DNA of 64,000 bases from assembly GCA_001793945.1 (NCBI GenBank), contig MGIW01000003.1, forward strand, positions 65,630 to 129,629. Reading direction: 5' to 3'. Position 1 is the first letter of the stretch. Each line of letters begins with the position of its first letter. The stretch comes from Candidatus Wolfebacteria bacterium RIFOXYD12_FULL_48_21 (GTDB taxonomy: Bacteria; Patescibacteriota; Minisyncoccia; UBA6257; UBA9933). Shown here in pieces: positions 53,171 through 62,918 of this stretch. The position numbers were made by a program, and so were the translations under genes. The notes under the pieces are model-generated. The model worked only from the letters and a program-made list of their open reading frames with translations. It made no database searches and was not told the DNA's origin.

Positions 53171-53905
53171 ATGGTCATACAACAACTCCAAGACGCCGGT
53201 CTAACAAAAAAAGAGGCTCAAATCTACCTTGCCCTATTAGAGTTGGGGGAGGCAAATATCGCTCAGATAACAAAGAAATCGGGCATTAAACGATCGACTG
53301 TCTATGAAATGCTCGATATTCTGAAGAAAATGGGCCTTGCAAGCCAGGGTCGCCTTAAAAAACGGACCGTTTTTTATGCAGAAAGCCCAAAAAAGATCCC
53401 CGAGGCGCTGGATGCAAAAAAACGCGCCATAGAAGAGGCAATGCCCGAATTGCTGTCCATGATGAATCTATTGGATAAAAAGCCCAAGATAAAATATTTT
53501 GACGGCATTGCGGGTTTACGGGAAGTATTTGAAGACACCCTAAGATATCCGGACCAGGAAATACTCACCCTATTCCCCTACCCATACATAAACCTGGGTG
53601 AAGATTATTTTCAGGGACATTATTTGCCGGAACGAGTAAAGCGGAAGATATGGTCGCGCGCCATTATCCCCGATACTCCGGAGAATAGGGTCTTTGCCAA
53701 GTATCTCCAAGAAAATGCCATCACAACGACGCGATTCTCCTCCGATGCAGCCTTTAAACTATTCGACATCGAGATCAAGATCTATGGCGGAAATAAGCTC
53801 GGGATCATTTCCTATAAAGAAGACCTCGGGTTGATCATAGAGAGCACAAAGGTATCCGAAGGCCTTAGGGCCATATTTGAAACAATGTGGAACTTACTAA
53901 AATAA
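53171..53905 (+). CDS. TrmB-family transcriptional regulator, paralog 2
   Basis: AGLTKKEAQIYLALLELGEANIAQITKKSGIKRSTVYEMLDIL is colinear with paralog 1. Terminator at 53905-53945. Confidence 0.7.
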   Translation: MVIQQLQDAGLTKKEAQIYLALLELGEANIAQITKKSGIKRSTVYEMLDILKKMGLASQGRLKKRTVFYAESPKKIPEALDAKKRAIEEAMPELLSMMNLLDKKPKIKYFDGIAGLREVFEDTLRYPDQEILTLFPYPYINLGEDYFQGHYLPERVKRKIWSRAIIPDTPENRVFAKYLQENAITTTRFSSDAAFKLFDIEIKIYGGNKLGIISYKEDLGLIIESTKVSEGLRAIFETMWNLLK

Positions 53906-53945
53906 GCCAGCCAAAAAATCCGCCGAAGCGGATTTTTTTAGTTAT
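53905..53945. terminator. Bidirectional terminator between trmB paralog 2 and SBP gene
   Basis: AAAAAATCCGCCGAAGCGGATTTTTTTAG. Confidence 0.7.
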
Positions 53946-53951
53946 TACTTA

Positions 53952-55094
53952 TTACATACCGATGGTCTGTCCATTCTTTATGACCTTCACTGTAAACCCA
54001 ATGTCTGAATTACCACTCTGATCAAGAGAATATGTTCCCATAAATCCGTTGTAATTCTTCACATTCGTCGTCAGCCAATCACGCACCTTTGCGCTGTCGT
54101 CTCCAACTGTTGCGATTGCCGTTGCGAGCAGCTGCATATCGTCATAGGTAGCCGCACTGTGGAATGGCACCACTGGATCTTTGCCGTACTTTGTCTTATA
54201 TGCGGCGAAGAAATCCCTAAGCCCTGCATTGTTTGCGTTGTATGACGGATCTGCGAAATGGATCCCCTCGAACGATCCGAGTATCTTTTTTACATCGGCG
54301 TTCAAAACCAGTAGGAAATCGGAGAATACCGGGGCCTTTACACCGATAGTATTCATCTGTTTGATTAAGTTTCCTCCACTGATACCCGTCTGTGACGCCA
54401 CCAGTATCGCATCCAGATTCTCCGCCTTAATCTTGCTCGCGATTGTCCTGAAGTCTGTTGTGTTTGGCTGGAATTCTTCTGCAATGACCACGGTCATGCC
54501 CAGCTCCTGCGCTTTCTGCTCAAAACTCTTTTTAATGTCTATTGTGTATTCGGTCGTTTCAGCAATCACACCCACCTTCTTATATCCTTTCTTTGCCATT
54601 GCTTCTGCAATGTTGCGCCCTGCCAAAAGATCTGAGTTGGCTGTTCTAAAGATATACTCACCCGCTTCATCTACATTTCTTCCGCCGGTGACCGGCGTCA
54701 TCAGAACTACCTTGTTCTGATTGGCGATCGGCGCTGCCGCAATCGTGCCATTACTACACATACCTCCAATGATATACTTTACCTTGTCAGTATTTACGAG
54801 CTTCGATACGGCCGACAATCCAGTCTTGCTGTCGCATTTTGCGTCCTCGACGACCAATTGAATCTGTCGTCCATTGATGCCTCCCTTTGCGTTAATCTCA
54901 TCTGCTGCTAATTGAGCAGTGTTTGCAATATTTTCACCAAGTGCCGCGAGATCACCGCTCATAAATGTTGAAACTCCGATCTTGATCGGTCCAGTTTCTA
55001 CCGATATATCCTTTTTATTTGCCAATATATATCCTCCCAATATCACCGCTATCACGGCAACAATACCGAAAACCAATTTTGTATTTTTTGTCAT
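53952..55094 (-). CDS. ABC transporter substrate-binding protein (LivJ-like), paralog
   Basis: Same fold and family as 51806..52954. Signal anchor MTKNTKLVFGIVAVIAVILGGYILA. Confidence 0.75.
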   Translation of the reverse strand: MTKNTKLVFGIVAVIAVILGGYILANKKDISVETGPIKIGVSTFMSGDLAALGENIANTAQLAADEINAKGGINGRQIQLVVEDAKCDSKTGLSAVSKLVNTDKVKYIIGGMCSNGTIAAAPIANQNKVVLMTPVTGGRNVDEAGEYIFRTANSDLLAGRNIAEAMAKKGYKKVGVIAETTEYTIDIKKSFEQKAQELGMTVVIAEEFQPNTTDFRTIASKIKAENLDAILVASQTGISGGNLIKQMNTIGVKAPVFSDFLLVLNADVKKILGSFEGIHFADPSYNANNAGLRDFFAAYKTKYGKDPVVPFHSAATYDDMQLLATAIATVGDDSAKVRDWLTTNVKNYNGFMGTYSLDQSGNSDIGFTVKVIKNGQTIGM

Positions 55095-55276
55095 GTTTAT
55101 AATTATTTCCTCTTAATTAATAATTTTAGCCTGGCGTAAGGTAACGCAATTAAGATAAATCCTTACTTTTATCTTATTACTCGACTATTATGCCATTATA
55201 TGACATAATAACAATAGATTTCTTGTATTTTTTTAAATTATGTCCTACATTGATACTATAATTATAAAATTTAAAA

Positions 55277-56299
55277 ATGAATGTAACAGAACTTGACAAA
55301 AAAATACTTTTTCAACTTGATATGGATGGGCGCGCCAGCTTCTCTGAAATAGCCCGTTCTATTGGCTCCACCCCTCAGGTCGTCAAGTATCATTACGAAC
55401 AATTGATGGGGCGTGGCATTATCAAGCACTTTTGGGCATACATCGACTACGACAAGGCCGATTATTCATTTTTCTGGGGCTACTGGTTCAAATTTGCCGG
55501 CCTTACCAAGGTGATCGAGGATGAGATGTATACGCGCCTGAACGCAGACCCCAATGTTCCAATCATCATGCGCGCAGACGGATATGCGGATGTCCAACTT
55601 GCATTCATCAGTAAAGACATCTTCAACCACAACGAAATGTTGCAGAATTTTTTTACCCGTTACGGACAATATGTGGTTTCTACCGATATTTTTGTTGGCC
55701 TCGGATTTATAAAATTCCCCAGAATGTATTTAGTAGGGGAGGAAAACAAACCGCAAACAAGTGCTCTGTCTGGTGGGACCACTAAAAAGATCCGCCTCAC
55801 CGAAATCGATCGGAAAATGATGTCGCTCCTTCTTATAGACGGCAGAATGGAATTCACAAAAATTGCTAATATTTTAGGCGTGTCCGTCGGGTTGGTACAT
55901 AAACGCTATGCGAAACTCAGGGATACGGGCGTCATCACCAAAATATCCTTCACGATCGACTACCCCAAAATAGGCCTTCTCCTCTACCGCGTCTGCTTCA
56001 AGATCACGCAGTTCGATCACAAGCGCATTGATGACCTCTATGAGTTTTGCTCCCTCCATCCTAATATCATCGATTACGTAAAGGGCATGGGTAGTTGGGA
56101 GCTGCTTCTGGATATCGAGATAGAAGATCGTGCGTCCCTTCGCAACCTCATCCGCGAGCTAAAAACTAAATTCAAGGATATCTTTCAGCGGGTGGAGATA
56201 AACGAGATATACCAGATGGATAAATTCACGCAGATGGCTATGGAATATCCGGAGATGGCCAAATATGCCCGCCCTTCTTCTTTGATCATGTACGATTAA
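55277..56299 (+). CDS. Tandem (duplicated) Lrp/AsnC-family transcriptional regulator
   Basis: Two successive HTH_AsnC-like segments (LDKKILFQLDMDGRASFSEIARSIG... and IDRKMMSLLLIDGRMEFTKIANILG...), each followed by a RAM-like domain. 340 aa. Confidence 0.55.
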   Translation: MNVTELDKKILFQLDMDGRASFSEIARSIGSTPQVVKYHYEQLMGRGIIKHFWAYIDYDKADYSFFWGYWFKFAGLTKVIEDEMYTRLNADPNVPIIMRADGYADVQLAFISKDIFNHNEMLQNFFTRYGQYVVSTDIFVGLGFIKFPRMYLVGEENKPQTSALSGGTTKKIRLTEIDRKMMSLLLIDGRMEFTKIANILGVSVGLVHKRYAKLRDTGVITKISFTIDYPKIGLLLYRVCFKITQFDHKRIDDLYEFCSLHPNIIDYVKGMGSWELLLDIEIEDRASLRNLIRELKTKFKDIFQRVEINEIYQMDKFTQMAMEYPEMAKYARPSSLIMYD

Positions 56300-56319
56300 T
56301 CTCTGCTTTCTATCGTATA

Positions 56320-56355
56320 AAAAATGCCCCGCCGTATTGGCGGGGCGCATTACCT
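56320..56355. terminator. Bidirectional terminator between AsnC-like gene and hypothetical gene
   Basis: AAAAAATGCCCCGCCGTATTGGCGGGGCGCATT. Confidence 0.65.
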
Positions 56356-56467
56356 CCTTTTTTTGCTTATTCCTTATTCCATTTTCGTGCTTCGCGCTCT
56401 ACTCCCCCCAAATACGCCTCGATGACTTCCCGTCTTACAAACACTTCTTCTGGCTTGTCTTCGCCCC

Positions 56468-57418
56468 TTACTTCTCTTCCAAGTGCTCCTTTAACAGCAT
56501 TTCCATCGGACAGAGCCCGTTAAGACTTTCATGGGGAAAATAATTCCACGCATCGTTCAGTAGTCGAAAACCCTCTTCGTCGAAAAATCCTGTCTTGTCG
56601 AGTAATGCGTTGAAATTATGGTGCGCATCATCCTCTTCATAAATCATATGCTCTATGTCTTCGAATTTCATCGACACGCTCCTTTCTTTTAGTAGCCGCG
56701 AAATAGCTTCCCGCAACAGCTTCTGTTGTGGAAGCACATTTGTCTCATGGAAGTAGCTTTTATATGCTTCCCTGCCGGCAGCATGCGATTTCTTACTACC
56801 CCTTCCTTTTACCGATAGCATACCTTTTTCTTCCCGTATAAATTCCTCAAATATATTCTCATGCAGTTCGCCTCGGAGCAAGTGGTCATTTAGTAATACC
56901 TGTAAACTCTTATACACGCTCGGGGGTAGGCTGGCAATATATTTGTATCTCGAATACTCTTTGCGATAATTCCAGTCGAGGAGCTGTGACACCTTGTATG
57001 CAAATTCACAAAACCGCTTCCTATCGCGTTCTATTTCTTCATCCGATATATTCTTCATCCATGAACTTCTCGTTATGTGCAGAGTCATATCGAGCCAATC
57101 AACTGCGTTGAGAAGCGCCTGCCGTATCTTTCCCGATGGATTCTGAATTTGCCTAATTACGAACTCCTCACATTCCTTGAAATAATCACTCCCAAGATAT
57201 ATAAACGCCCACTTTACTGTATTGATAAAATATGTCTGATGATCAATATCTTTTATTTGATCAAATGTTTTCATCTCGCCGATAAAAGCCCATAGCTCTT
57301 TCTTGAGTGCGTTTCTATCAAGCGTGCGGTCATTGGCTACTTTTGCAACCTGCTTTTGCGCTTCTTTTACCGCTGCCTTGTCGCCGGTTTTTATTATCTT
57401 TATTAATTGGGAAATCAT
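56468..57418 (-). CDS. Hypothetical 316-aa protein adjacent to AbiE module
   Basis: AT-rich, helical, no recognisable motifs. Terminator at 56320-56355. Confidence 0.35.
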   Translation of the reverse strand: MISQLIKIIKTGDKAAVKEAQKQVAKVANDRTLDRNALKKELWAFIGEMKTFDQIKDIDHQTYFINTVKWAFIYLGSDYFKECEEFVIRQIQNPSGKIRQALLNAVDWLDMTLHITRSSWMKNISDEEIERDRKRFCEFAYKVSQLLDWNYRKEYSRYKYIASLPPSVYKSLQVLLNDHLLRGELHENIFEEFIREEKGMLSVKGRGSKKSHAAGREAYKSYFHETNVLPQQKLLREAISRLLKERSVSMKFEDIEHMIYEEDDAHHNFNALLDKTGFFDEEGFRLLNDAWNYFPHESLNGLCPMEMLLKEHLEEK

Positions 57419-57442
57419 GATTCAATTCTTGCAATTGAGTAT

Positions 57443-58153
57443 TTATTTTAGCGAAGAGATATAATTTTTTACCATGAATATGGTATCGGTTTTTAGGCTT
57501 TTTTTAACCCATCTTTTTTCTTTCTCGGAGAGTAGCTCGCCAAGACCGCGTAAAACTTGGCTATCTTTTATCTGTTCTATGAACACCACGCATTCACCGA
57601 GATACTCCTTTACTGTTTTTTCTGTTCTACTTTGTATCACCATTGCATCAATATCCCAATGCTGTTTCGCGAAAAAGTGAATGTCGTATACATCCCGCAT
57701 GGCCGTTTCCGTCCGAGAAGTAAGCGCTGCCAGCTTGCTCGCAAATAAATACTCTTTTTTTGCAACGAGCATCGAAATTCCTATATACTCCTTGATTTCG
57801 TAGTACTTCCTAATATTCTCGACGAGTATTCTTGTGTTTATCTCCACTTTTATATTATGATCGGCATCCCCATATGAAAGCACTACAAGCACGGTATATC
57901 TTTTAATCCATTGATCTTTTATTATCCCATATTTGCTTAAGATGCCAATAATCTTTTTATAAACAACCTCTTGATTCTCTTGGCTTGTTTCCAACAGGTC
58001 AAAATCGAGATCCACCGAAAACCTTGGGAGGTTATAGAAGAAGTAAGCGCATGTTCCTCCTTTAAACCCCAGTAACGGGGCAATGGAGGTGTCTTCGTAG
58101 ATATCTTTTAATATCTGCCCCATGATCAGTTGATGTTTTTCGTTATTGAGCAT
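57443..58153 (-). CDS. AbiEii/AbiGii-family nucleotidyltransferase toxin (type IV TA / abortive infection)
   Basis: LGFKGGTCAYFFYNLPRFSVDLDFDLLE matches the AbiEii signature (KGGTAL...RFSEDIDF). Confidence 0.75.
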   Translation of the reverse strand: MLNNEKHQLIMGQILKDIYEDTSIAPLLGFKGGTCAYFFYNLPRFSVDLDFDLLETSQENQEVVYKKIIGILSKYGIIKDQWIKRYTVLVVLSYGDADHNIKVEINTRILVENIRKYYEIKEYIGISMLVAKKEYLFASKLAALTSRTETAMRDVYDIHFFAKQHWDIDAMVIQSRTEKTVKEYLGECVVFIEQIKDSQVLRGLGELLSEKEKRWVKKSLKTDTIFMVKNYISSLK

Positions 58154-58715
58154 GAGTGTCGTAATATTTTTTGAGGCGATTTTCGAGCTGTTTGTTTTTA
58201 TATATCCCTACCATCTCAAAACATTTATCCCAATCCAATGGCCTTAAATTATCAAAATAGTAGCCCGGAAAGAGGTATATCATGTCTAAAAATGCGCGCT
58301 CAGGCGTTGCGATACTATAATTATCTTTATTTCTAATACCTGTCGCGTTATAGAGTACGATATCTTTTAATTTTCTAAATGTAACCGTTCGCCCGTCAAT
58401 TGTTACCGTCTTTGCCATCCTACTCGCCACGAATACTGTTTTGTAATACTGAAATATCATACCCGCCTCAAGCAGGGCCGTTTCGAAGCTTATATATGCC
58501 GGCGTATATATGCTCGTTGCGAGCTCCCTTGGCTCATACTGCACATCTTTTGCGAATATGCCTCTCGTAAGACTTAGTAGCGACCCTTGCTTTACATAAT
58601 ATGCTATCTTTGCTTTTAAGTTATTTTTATTCGTTTCTCCCCACGCTAAAGCCATGTCATTCGTCGTTAAAATGGTTTTTTTTAATTTATATACACTTGT
58701 GAGCGAACTATCCAT
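58143..58715 (-). CDS. AbiEi-family antitoxin / transcriptional regulator
   Basis: N-terminal wHTH with RGIF motif (LLSLTRGIFAKD). Overlaps the AbiEii start (ATGA-type coupling). Confidence 0.65.
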   Translation of the reverse strand: MDSSLTSVYKLKKTILTTNDMALAWGETNKNNLKAKIAYYVKQGSLLSLTRGIFAKDVQYEPRELATSIYTPAYISFETALLEAGMIFQYYKTVFVASRMAKTVTIDGRTVTFRKLKDIVLYNATGIRNKDNYSIATPERAFLDMIYLFPGYYFDNLRPLDWDKCFEMVGIYKNKQLENRLKKYYDTHAQ

Positions 58716-58832
58716 ATAATATACCTCTGAAGTAAGCCTTTATCTTACTTCCAGTATAAATTATTGCTATTTACTTGTCAAATGCATTCCTCATTCCTTA
58801 TTGCTTACTCCCTTTTGCCTATTACCCACTCC

Positions 58833-59591
58833 CTATTCCCCCAAATATGCCTCGATAACTTCCCGTTTCGCGAGGACATGGTCCGGCTTCCCTTCGGCGA
58901 GTAATTTTCCGCTATCCATGACGATCAGGTGGTCGCACAGTTCGCGAATCAAATTCATATTATGTTCGATCAGAATGACCGTTTTGCCTGCTTCCTTCAA
59001 CTCTTTAATTACCGACACAATGACCTTGATCATTTCCGGAAACAATCCCGCAAATGGCTCGTCGAACAAAAAGATACTCGCATCCTGCCCAATATGGTCG
59101 GAATGCGTCATCGCCAGCACCCGAGCTATCTCTAATAGCTTTCTTTGCCCGTAGGAGAGGTTGTGAGCCAGTTGGCTTCGCTTTTCCCATAACCCTACGC
59201 GCGTCAATACCGTTTCCACCTTTTTCATATGCCCCGCGTTATGCCGCTCGAACAGCGAACCCCACACGCTGCGCTCAGTCAACACAACCAGAATGTTATC
59301 CAGCACGGTCATTTGCTCGAAAAGTCGCACCTCCTGAAATGTTCGCGTGATTCCATGGTAGGCGGTGTCAGATGCCCGCAACCCTTTCATCTCCCGTTCT
59401 CCGCCGATGACCATCACTCCTGCGGTCGGCGGAAGCATGCCACTCAGCACATTGACCAAGGTCGTTTTGCCGGAACCGTTCGGCCCCACAACTCCCGTTA
59501 CCTTGCCTTGCTCGAATGCAACCGAAAGACCGTCGATGGCAGCGACACCGCTAAAATGCTTATGTAGTTCTTTTGTTCGTATTGCGTCCAT
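58833..59591 (-). CDS. livG: Branched-chain amino acid ABC transporter ATP-binding protein (LivG-like)
   Basis: Walker A GPNGSGKTT, signature LSYGQRKLLEIARVL, Walker B FLFDEPFAG. Confidence 0.8.
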   Translation of the reverse strand: MDAIRTKELHKHFSGVAAIDGLSVAFEQGKVTGVVGPNGSGKTTLVNVLSGMLPPTAGVMVIGGEREMKGLRASDTAYHGITRTFQEVRLFEQMTVLDNILVVLTERSVWGSLFERHNAGHMKKVETVLTRVGLWEKRSQLAHNLSYGQRKLLEIARVLAMTHSDHIGQDASIFLFDEPFAGLFPEMIKVIVSVIKELKEAGKTVILIEHNMNLIRELCDHLIVMDSGKLLAEGKPDHVLAKREVIEAYLGE

Positions 59592-59714
59592 ATAAATTAG
59601 TAGTTAGTAGATGGCAGTAAGTAATAAGCAAATAGGGATTCTGTTTTTTATTACTATATCCACTATCCTTTTCCCTTTCCCTCTTCCTTTTTTCTTATTT
59701 TTTTTCCTTATTTC

Positions 59715-60584
59715 TTATTTCACCTCGTACTCCCCAATAAACCCTTTGGGTCTATAGAGCATCAGTAGCACCAGTATCGCTCCATAAATGATCTGACGCA
59801 TCTGCGCCGCTATATCCGTGGGCAATCCTACGAATCGCAGTATTTCGGGCAAAAGAATAAGAAACAATGCGCCTGCCAGCGTTCCGCGGAGGCTCCCCAA
59901 CCCGCCCATGATGACAATTGCCAGAATAAATATGGATTCGTTAAGCGAAAATGATGACGGGTCGATATAGGTGATATATGAAGCGAACAACGACCCGGCA
60001 ATCGACGCCATGGCGGCTCCTATTACGAATATCGCCAGTTTGAAATAGGCAACTTTGTACCCGAACACCTCCAGCGCCTTTTCATCCTCGCGGATCGCTT
60101 TAAGCACCCGCCCAAATGACGAGTTTGCAATGAAGTGCGCAAGCGCATACACAGCGCCGAACAATACAACGGCTAACGCAAGAAATGTTTCATTCGCCGA
60201 GAATGTGAACCCGAACAAACTCGGTCGGTCGATCCCGGGAATACCCAACGGACCCTTGGTCACACTTTCCCAATTGAGAAAAATACTGAATGCGATCACA
60301 TTAAATCCAAACGACGCAAGCGCATAGTAATCATCCTTGAATTTACTCAGCACCATACCCGCCAACAAGCTCACGATCGCCGTGATTACTATCCCCAGTA
60401 TGACCGAGGCAAAAAAGCCGAGCCCGTAGTGGGCCAGCGCGACCGCGGTCGCGTATGCGCCGATGCCATAAAAGGCGGCATGGGTCACCGACAGCAATCC
60501 CGCATATCCGACGATCAAATTCAACCCGACGCCAAGAATAGCGTAAATAAAAAATAGTATTGCTATGTGAATAAGATATGGCAT
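59715..60584 (-). CDS. livM: Branched-chain amino acid ABC transporter permease (LivM-like)
   Basis: 8-9 TM helices. Family-typical GYAGLLS and C-terminal permease motifs. Confidence 0.75.
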   Translation of the reverse strand: MPYLIHIAILFFIYAILGVGLNLIVGYAGLLSVTHAAFYGIGAYATAVALAHYGLGFFASVILGIVITAIVSLLAGMVLSKFKDDYYALASFGFNVIAFSIFLNWESVTKGPLGIPGIDRPSLFGFTFSANETFLALAVVLFGAVYALAHFIANSSFGRVLKAIREDEKALEVFGYKVAYFKLAIFVIGAAMASIAGSLFASYITYIDPSSFSLNESIFILAIVIMGGLGSLRGTLAGALFLILLPEILRFVGLPTDIAAQMRQIIYGAILVLLMLYRPKGFIGEYEVK

Positions 60585-60586
60585 GG

Positions 60587-61453
60587 CTATTTTTTAAATA
60601 TACCTTGAGGGCGAAATAAGAGAAAGATTATTAAAATAATAAATGCGATCGCGTCCTTCCATTCGCCCGAAAACTGCCATACACCGAAGTTCTCCGCGAA
60701 CCCAAGCAGGAATGCTCCGGCAAATGCCCCGTGCATCGTGCCGACGCCGCCGATGATCGCCGCGATTACGCCCTTGAGCAGCAAGTGCATACCCATGGTC
60801 GGCTCCAACCCCGTGTCGAATCCAACCAAAATACCCGATAGCCCCGCGATAGCCGACCCTATGAAAAATACCCATCCGATGATCTTGTCCGTATGAATGC
60901 CAACCATCTTTGAGACTTCTTCATCGTCACTCACCGCGTTGACCGCCCGGCCAAACATCGTCTTTTTTAACATAAGCGTCAGCAATGCGAGGACTACAAT
61001 TCCACAAATCAGAATGATAGCCTGTGTCTGCGTAATGATACCCCCCGCTATAGTGTAAACACGGCTCTCTGTCGAATTATTGGCAAGTGTCTGAAATTGG
61101 CTCGTGAACAAGATTGCGATGATCGCCTGAATGACCGTCAAGAGACCAAGTGAGGCGACCAGAAACACCATTTGCGACGCCTTGCGCAGGCGCAGCTGCC
61201 GAAATATAGCCTTATCCAAAATATATCCGACAAACCCCGCAAACACTATCGCCAATACGGCACTTGCGTATACATTCCATCCGAGTTCCTTGTACAGGAA
61301 GAACATGGCATATCCGCCGACGACTGTCAGCGCACCGTGGGCCAAGTTAAAAAACTTTGTCGTGCGATAGATCAGGTTAAAGCCCAACGCGATCAATGCG
61401 TAAATCGCTCCTGCGATGATACTGTTTGCGATTATCTGCGGAATAATACCCAT
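60587..61453 (-). CDS. livH: Branched-chain amino acid ABC transporter permease (LivH-like)
   Basis: 8 TM helices. Immediately upstream of livM with a 2-nt gap. Confidence 0.75.
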   Translation of the reverse strand: MGIIPQIIANSIIAGAIYALIALGFNLIYRTTKFFNLAHGALTVVGGYAMFFLYKELGWNVYASAVLAIVFAGFVGYILDKAIFRQLRLRKASQMVFLVASLGLLTVIQAIIAILFTSQFQTLANNSTESRVYTIAGGIITQTQAIILICGIVVLALLTLMLKKTMFGRAVNAVSDDEEVSKMVGIHTDKIIGWVFFIGSAIAGLSGILVGFDTGLEPTMGMHLLLKGVIAAIIGGVGTMHGAFAGAFLLGFAENFGVWQFSGEWKDAIAFIILIIFLLFRPQGIFKK

Positions 61454-61480
61454 TAGGGTTAATTATACTTTATTTCTTTC

Positions 61481-61512
61481 TTAAACTAAAAAGCGGCTCT
61501 GGGCCGCTTTTT
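61481..61512 (-). terminator. Intrinsic terminator after SBP gene (upstream of livH)
   Basis: Minus strand AAAAAGCGGCCCAGAGCCGCTTTTTAG. Confidence 0.65.
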
Positions 61513-61522
61513 AGCAAGTATT

Positions 61523-62662
61523 TTATTTCAATTCCTCTATCTTGCCATCTTTGATGATCTTCACGGTCATCGGCTCGATGCCAACCACATCTCCGTTCGC
61601 ATCAAACTTGTATGATCCGAGCACACCGTCATAATTGCCCATAGCATAAAGATAATCCTTCATACATTCCGAATCTTCACCACACTGCTTAAGAGCCCCT
61701 GCGATGATAAACACGGTGTCATATCGAGCGCCTACATCGAATGTGTTGCCTGCGATATTCCCGTATATCGGAACATACTTGTCCAATAAGGCCTTTCCCT
61801 TTTCTCCGGACAATCCCACGACATCAAAGAATACAACATCATTGGCAGCAGTTCCCGCCGCCTTTATTCCGTCTTCTCCTCCGAATGTATAGGTGCTAAA
61901 GATTGGCGCCGTTATCCCTGCCTCTCTTATTTGCTTGATGGCCGTGCCTCCGGTTGCGCCTGCCTGCGGGTTCACAAAAACCGCTTGCGGGTTGGCCGCC
62001 TTGATCTTTGCGATCATTCCCCTAAAATCCCGCTCGCCCTGCTTGAACATTTCATCGGTAGTCACCGTTCCGCCGAGATTATTCATCTCATCTACAAATA
62101 CCTTCCTTACGCCAACCCCATACTCGGTGTTTTCCGAGAGTATCGCAACATTCTTATACCCTTTCTTATTCACGATATAATTTGCGTATCCCTTTGCAAC
62201 ATCAAGATCGGAAGGAGAGTTTCTGAATATATAATCTCCAGCCGCGGTGATATCGGGACTACTTGAGAATGCGGACATAACGATAACCTTGTTCTGCTCT
62301 GCAATCGGGGCGATGGCAAGCGTTTCTCCGCTGCATGTTCCACCCAAAATCACTTTTACCTTATCAACACTGATAAGCTTTTGCGCTGCAGTTGTAGCAT
62401 CTTTCCCTGCGCACTTTCCGTCTTCATATACCACGGCCAATGTCTTCCCGTTGATCCCTCCTGCTTCATTTATTTCCTTGAGCGCAAGTGTTATTGCGTT
62501 CTTCTCCTCTGCGCCATAGACCGCAGCATCGCCGGTCAACGGGCCTACAAATCCTATTGTTATCGTTCCGCCGGCAGCCGGCTTACCCATAAGCGCATAT
62601 CCTCCCCAGATGATTACTACCACGACAATGACTCCTACGATTATTTTTGTTATTTTATCCAT
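61523..62662 (-). CDS. ABC transporter substrate-binding protein (LivJ-like), third paralog
   Basis: Signal anchor MDKITKIIVGVIVVVVIIWGGYA and type I periplasmic binding fold. Terminator at 61481-61512. Confidence 0.75.
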   Translation of the reverse strand: MDKITKIIVGVIVVVVIIWGGYALMGKPAAGGTITIGFVGPLTGDAAVYGAEEKNAITLALKEINEAGGINGKTLAVVYEDGKCAGKDATTAAQKLISVDKVKVILGGTCSGETLAIAPIAEQNKVIVMSAFSSSPDITAAGDYIFRNSPSDLDVAKGYANYIVNKKGYKNVAILSENTEYGVGVRKVFVDEMNNLGGTVTTDEMFKQGERDFRGMIAKIKAANPQAVFVNPQAGATGGTAIKQIREAGITAPIFSTYTFGGEDGIKAAGTAANDVVFFDVVGLSGEKGKALLDKYVPIYGNIAGNTFDVGARYDTVFIIAGALKQCGEDSECMKDYLYAMGNYDGVLGSYKFDANGDVVGIEPMTVKIIKDGKIEELK

Positions 62663-62918
62663 TTTTATTAATTATTTATTATTGCGACGGTTAATTTTAT
62701 TATTATACGAGACACCCATTAACTACCCTGATTATTGTTGATACATGGTACTGTATTAGTGATTTTCTCTATAGTAGCACCTTGTTGTTTATTTGTCAAT
62801 AGGTATCGTCATATTATGCCAGTTTTATAAATTTTCCTTTTAATTACTGCACATATTGCCTTATTTTTGTGGAAAGATATTGACACAATTATACATATTG
62901 CTTACACTGAGAATACAA

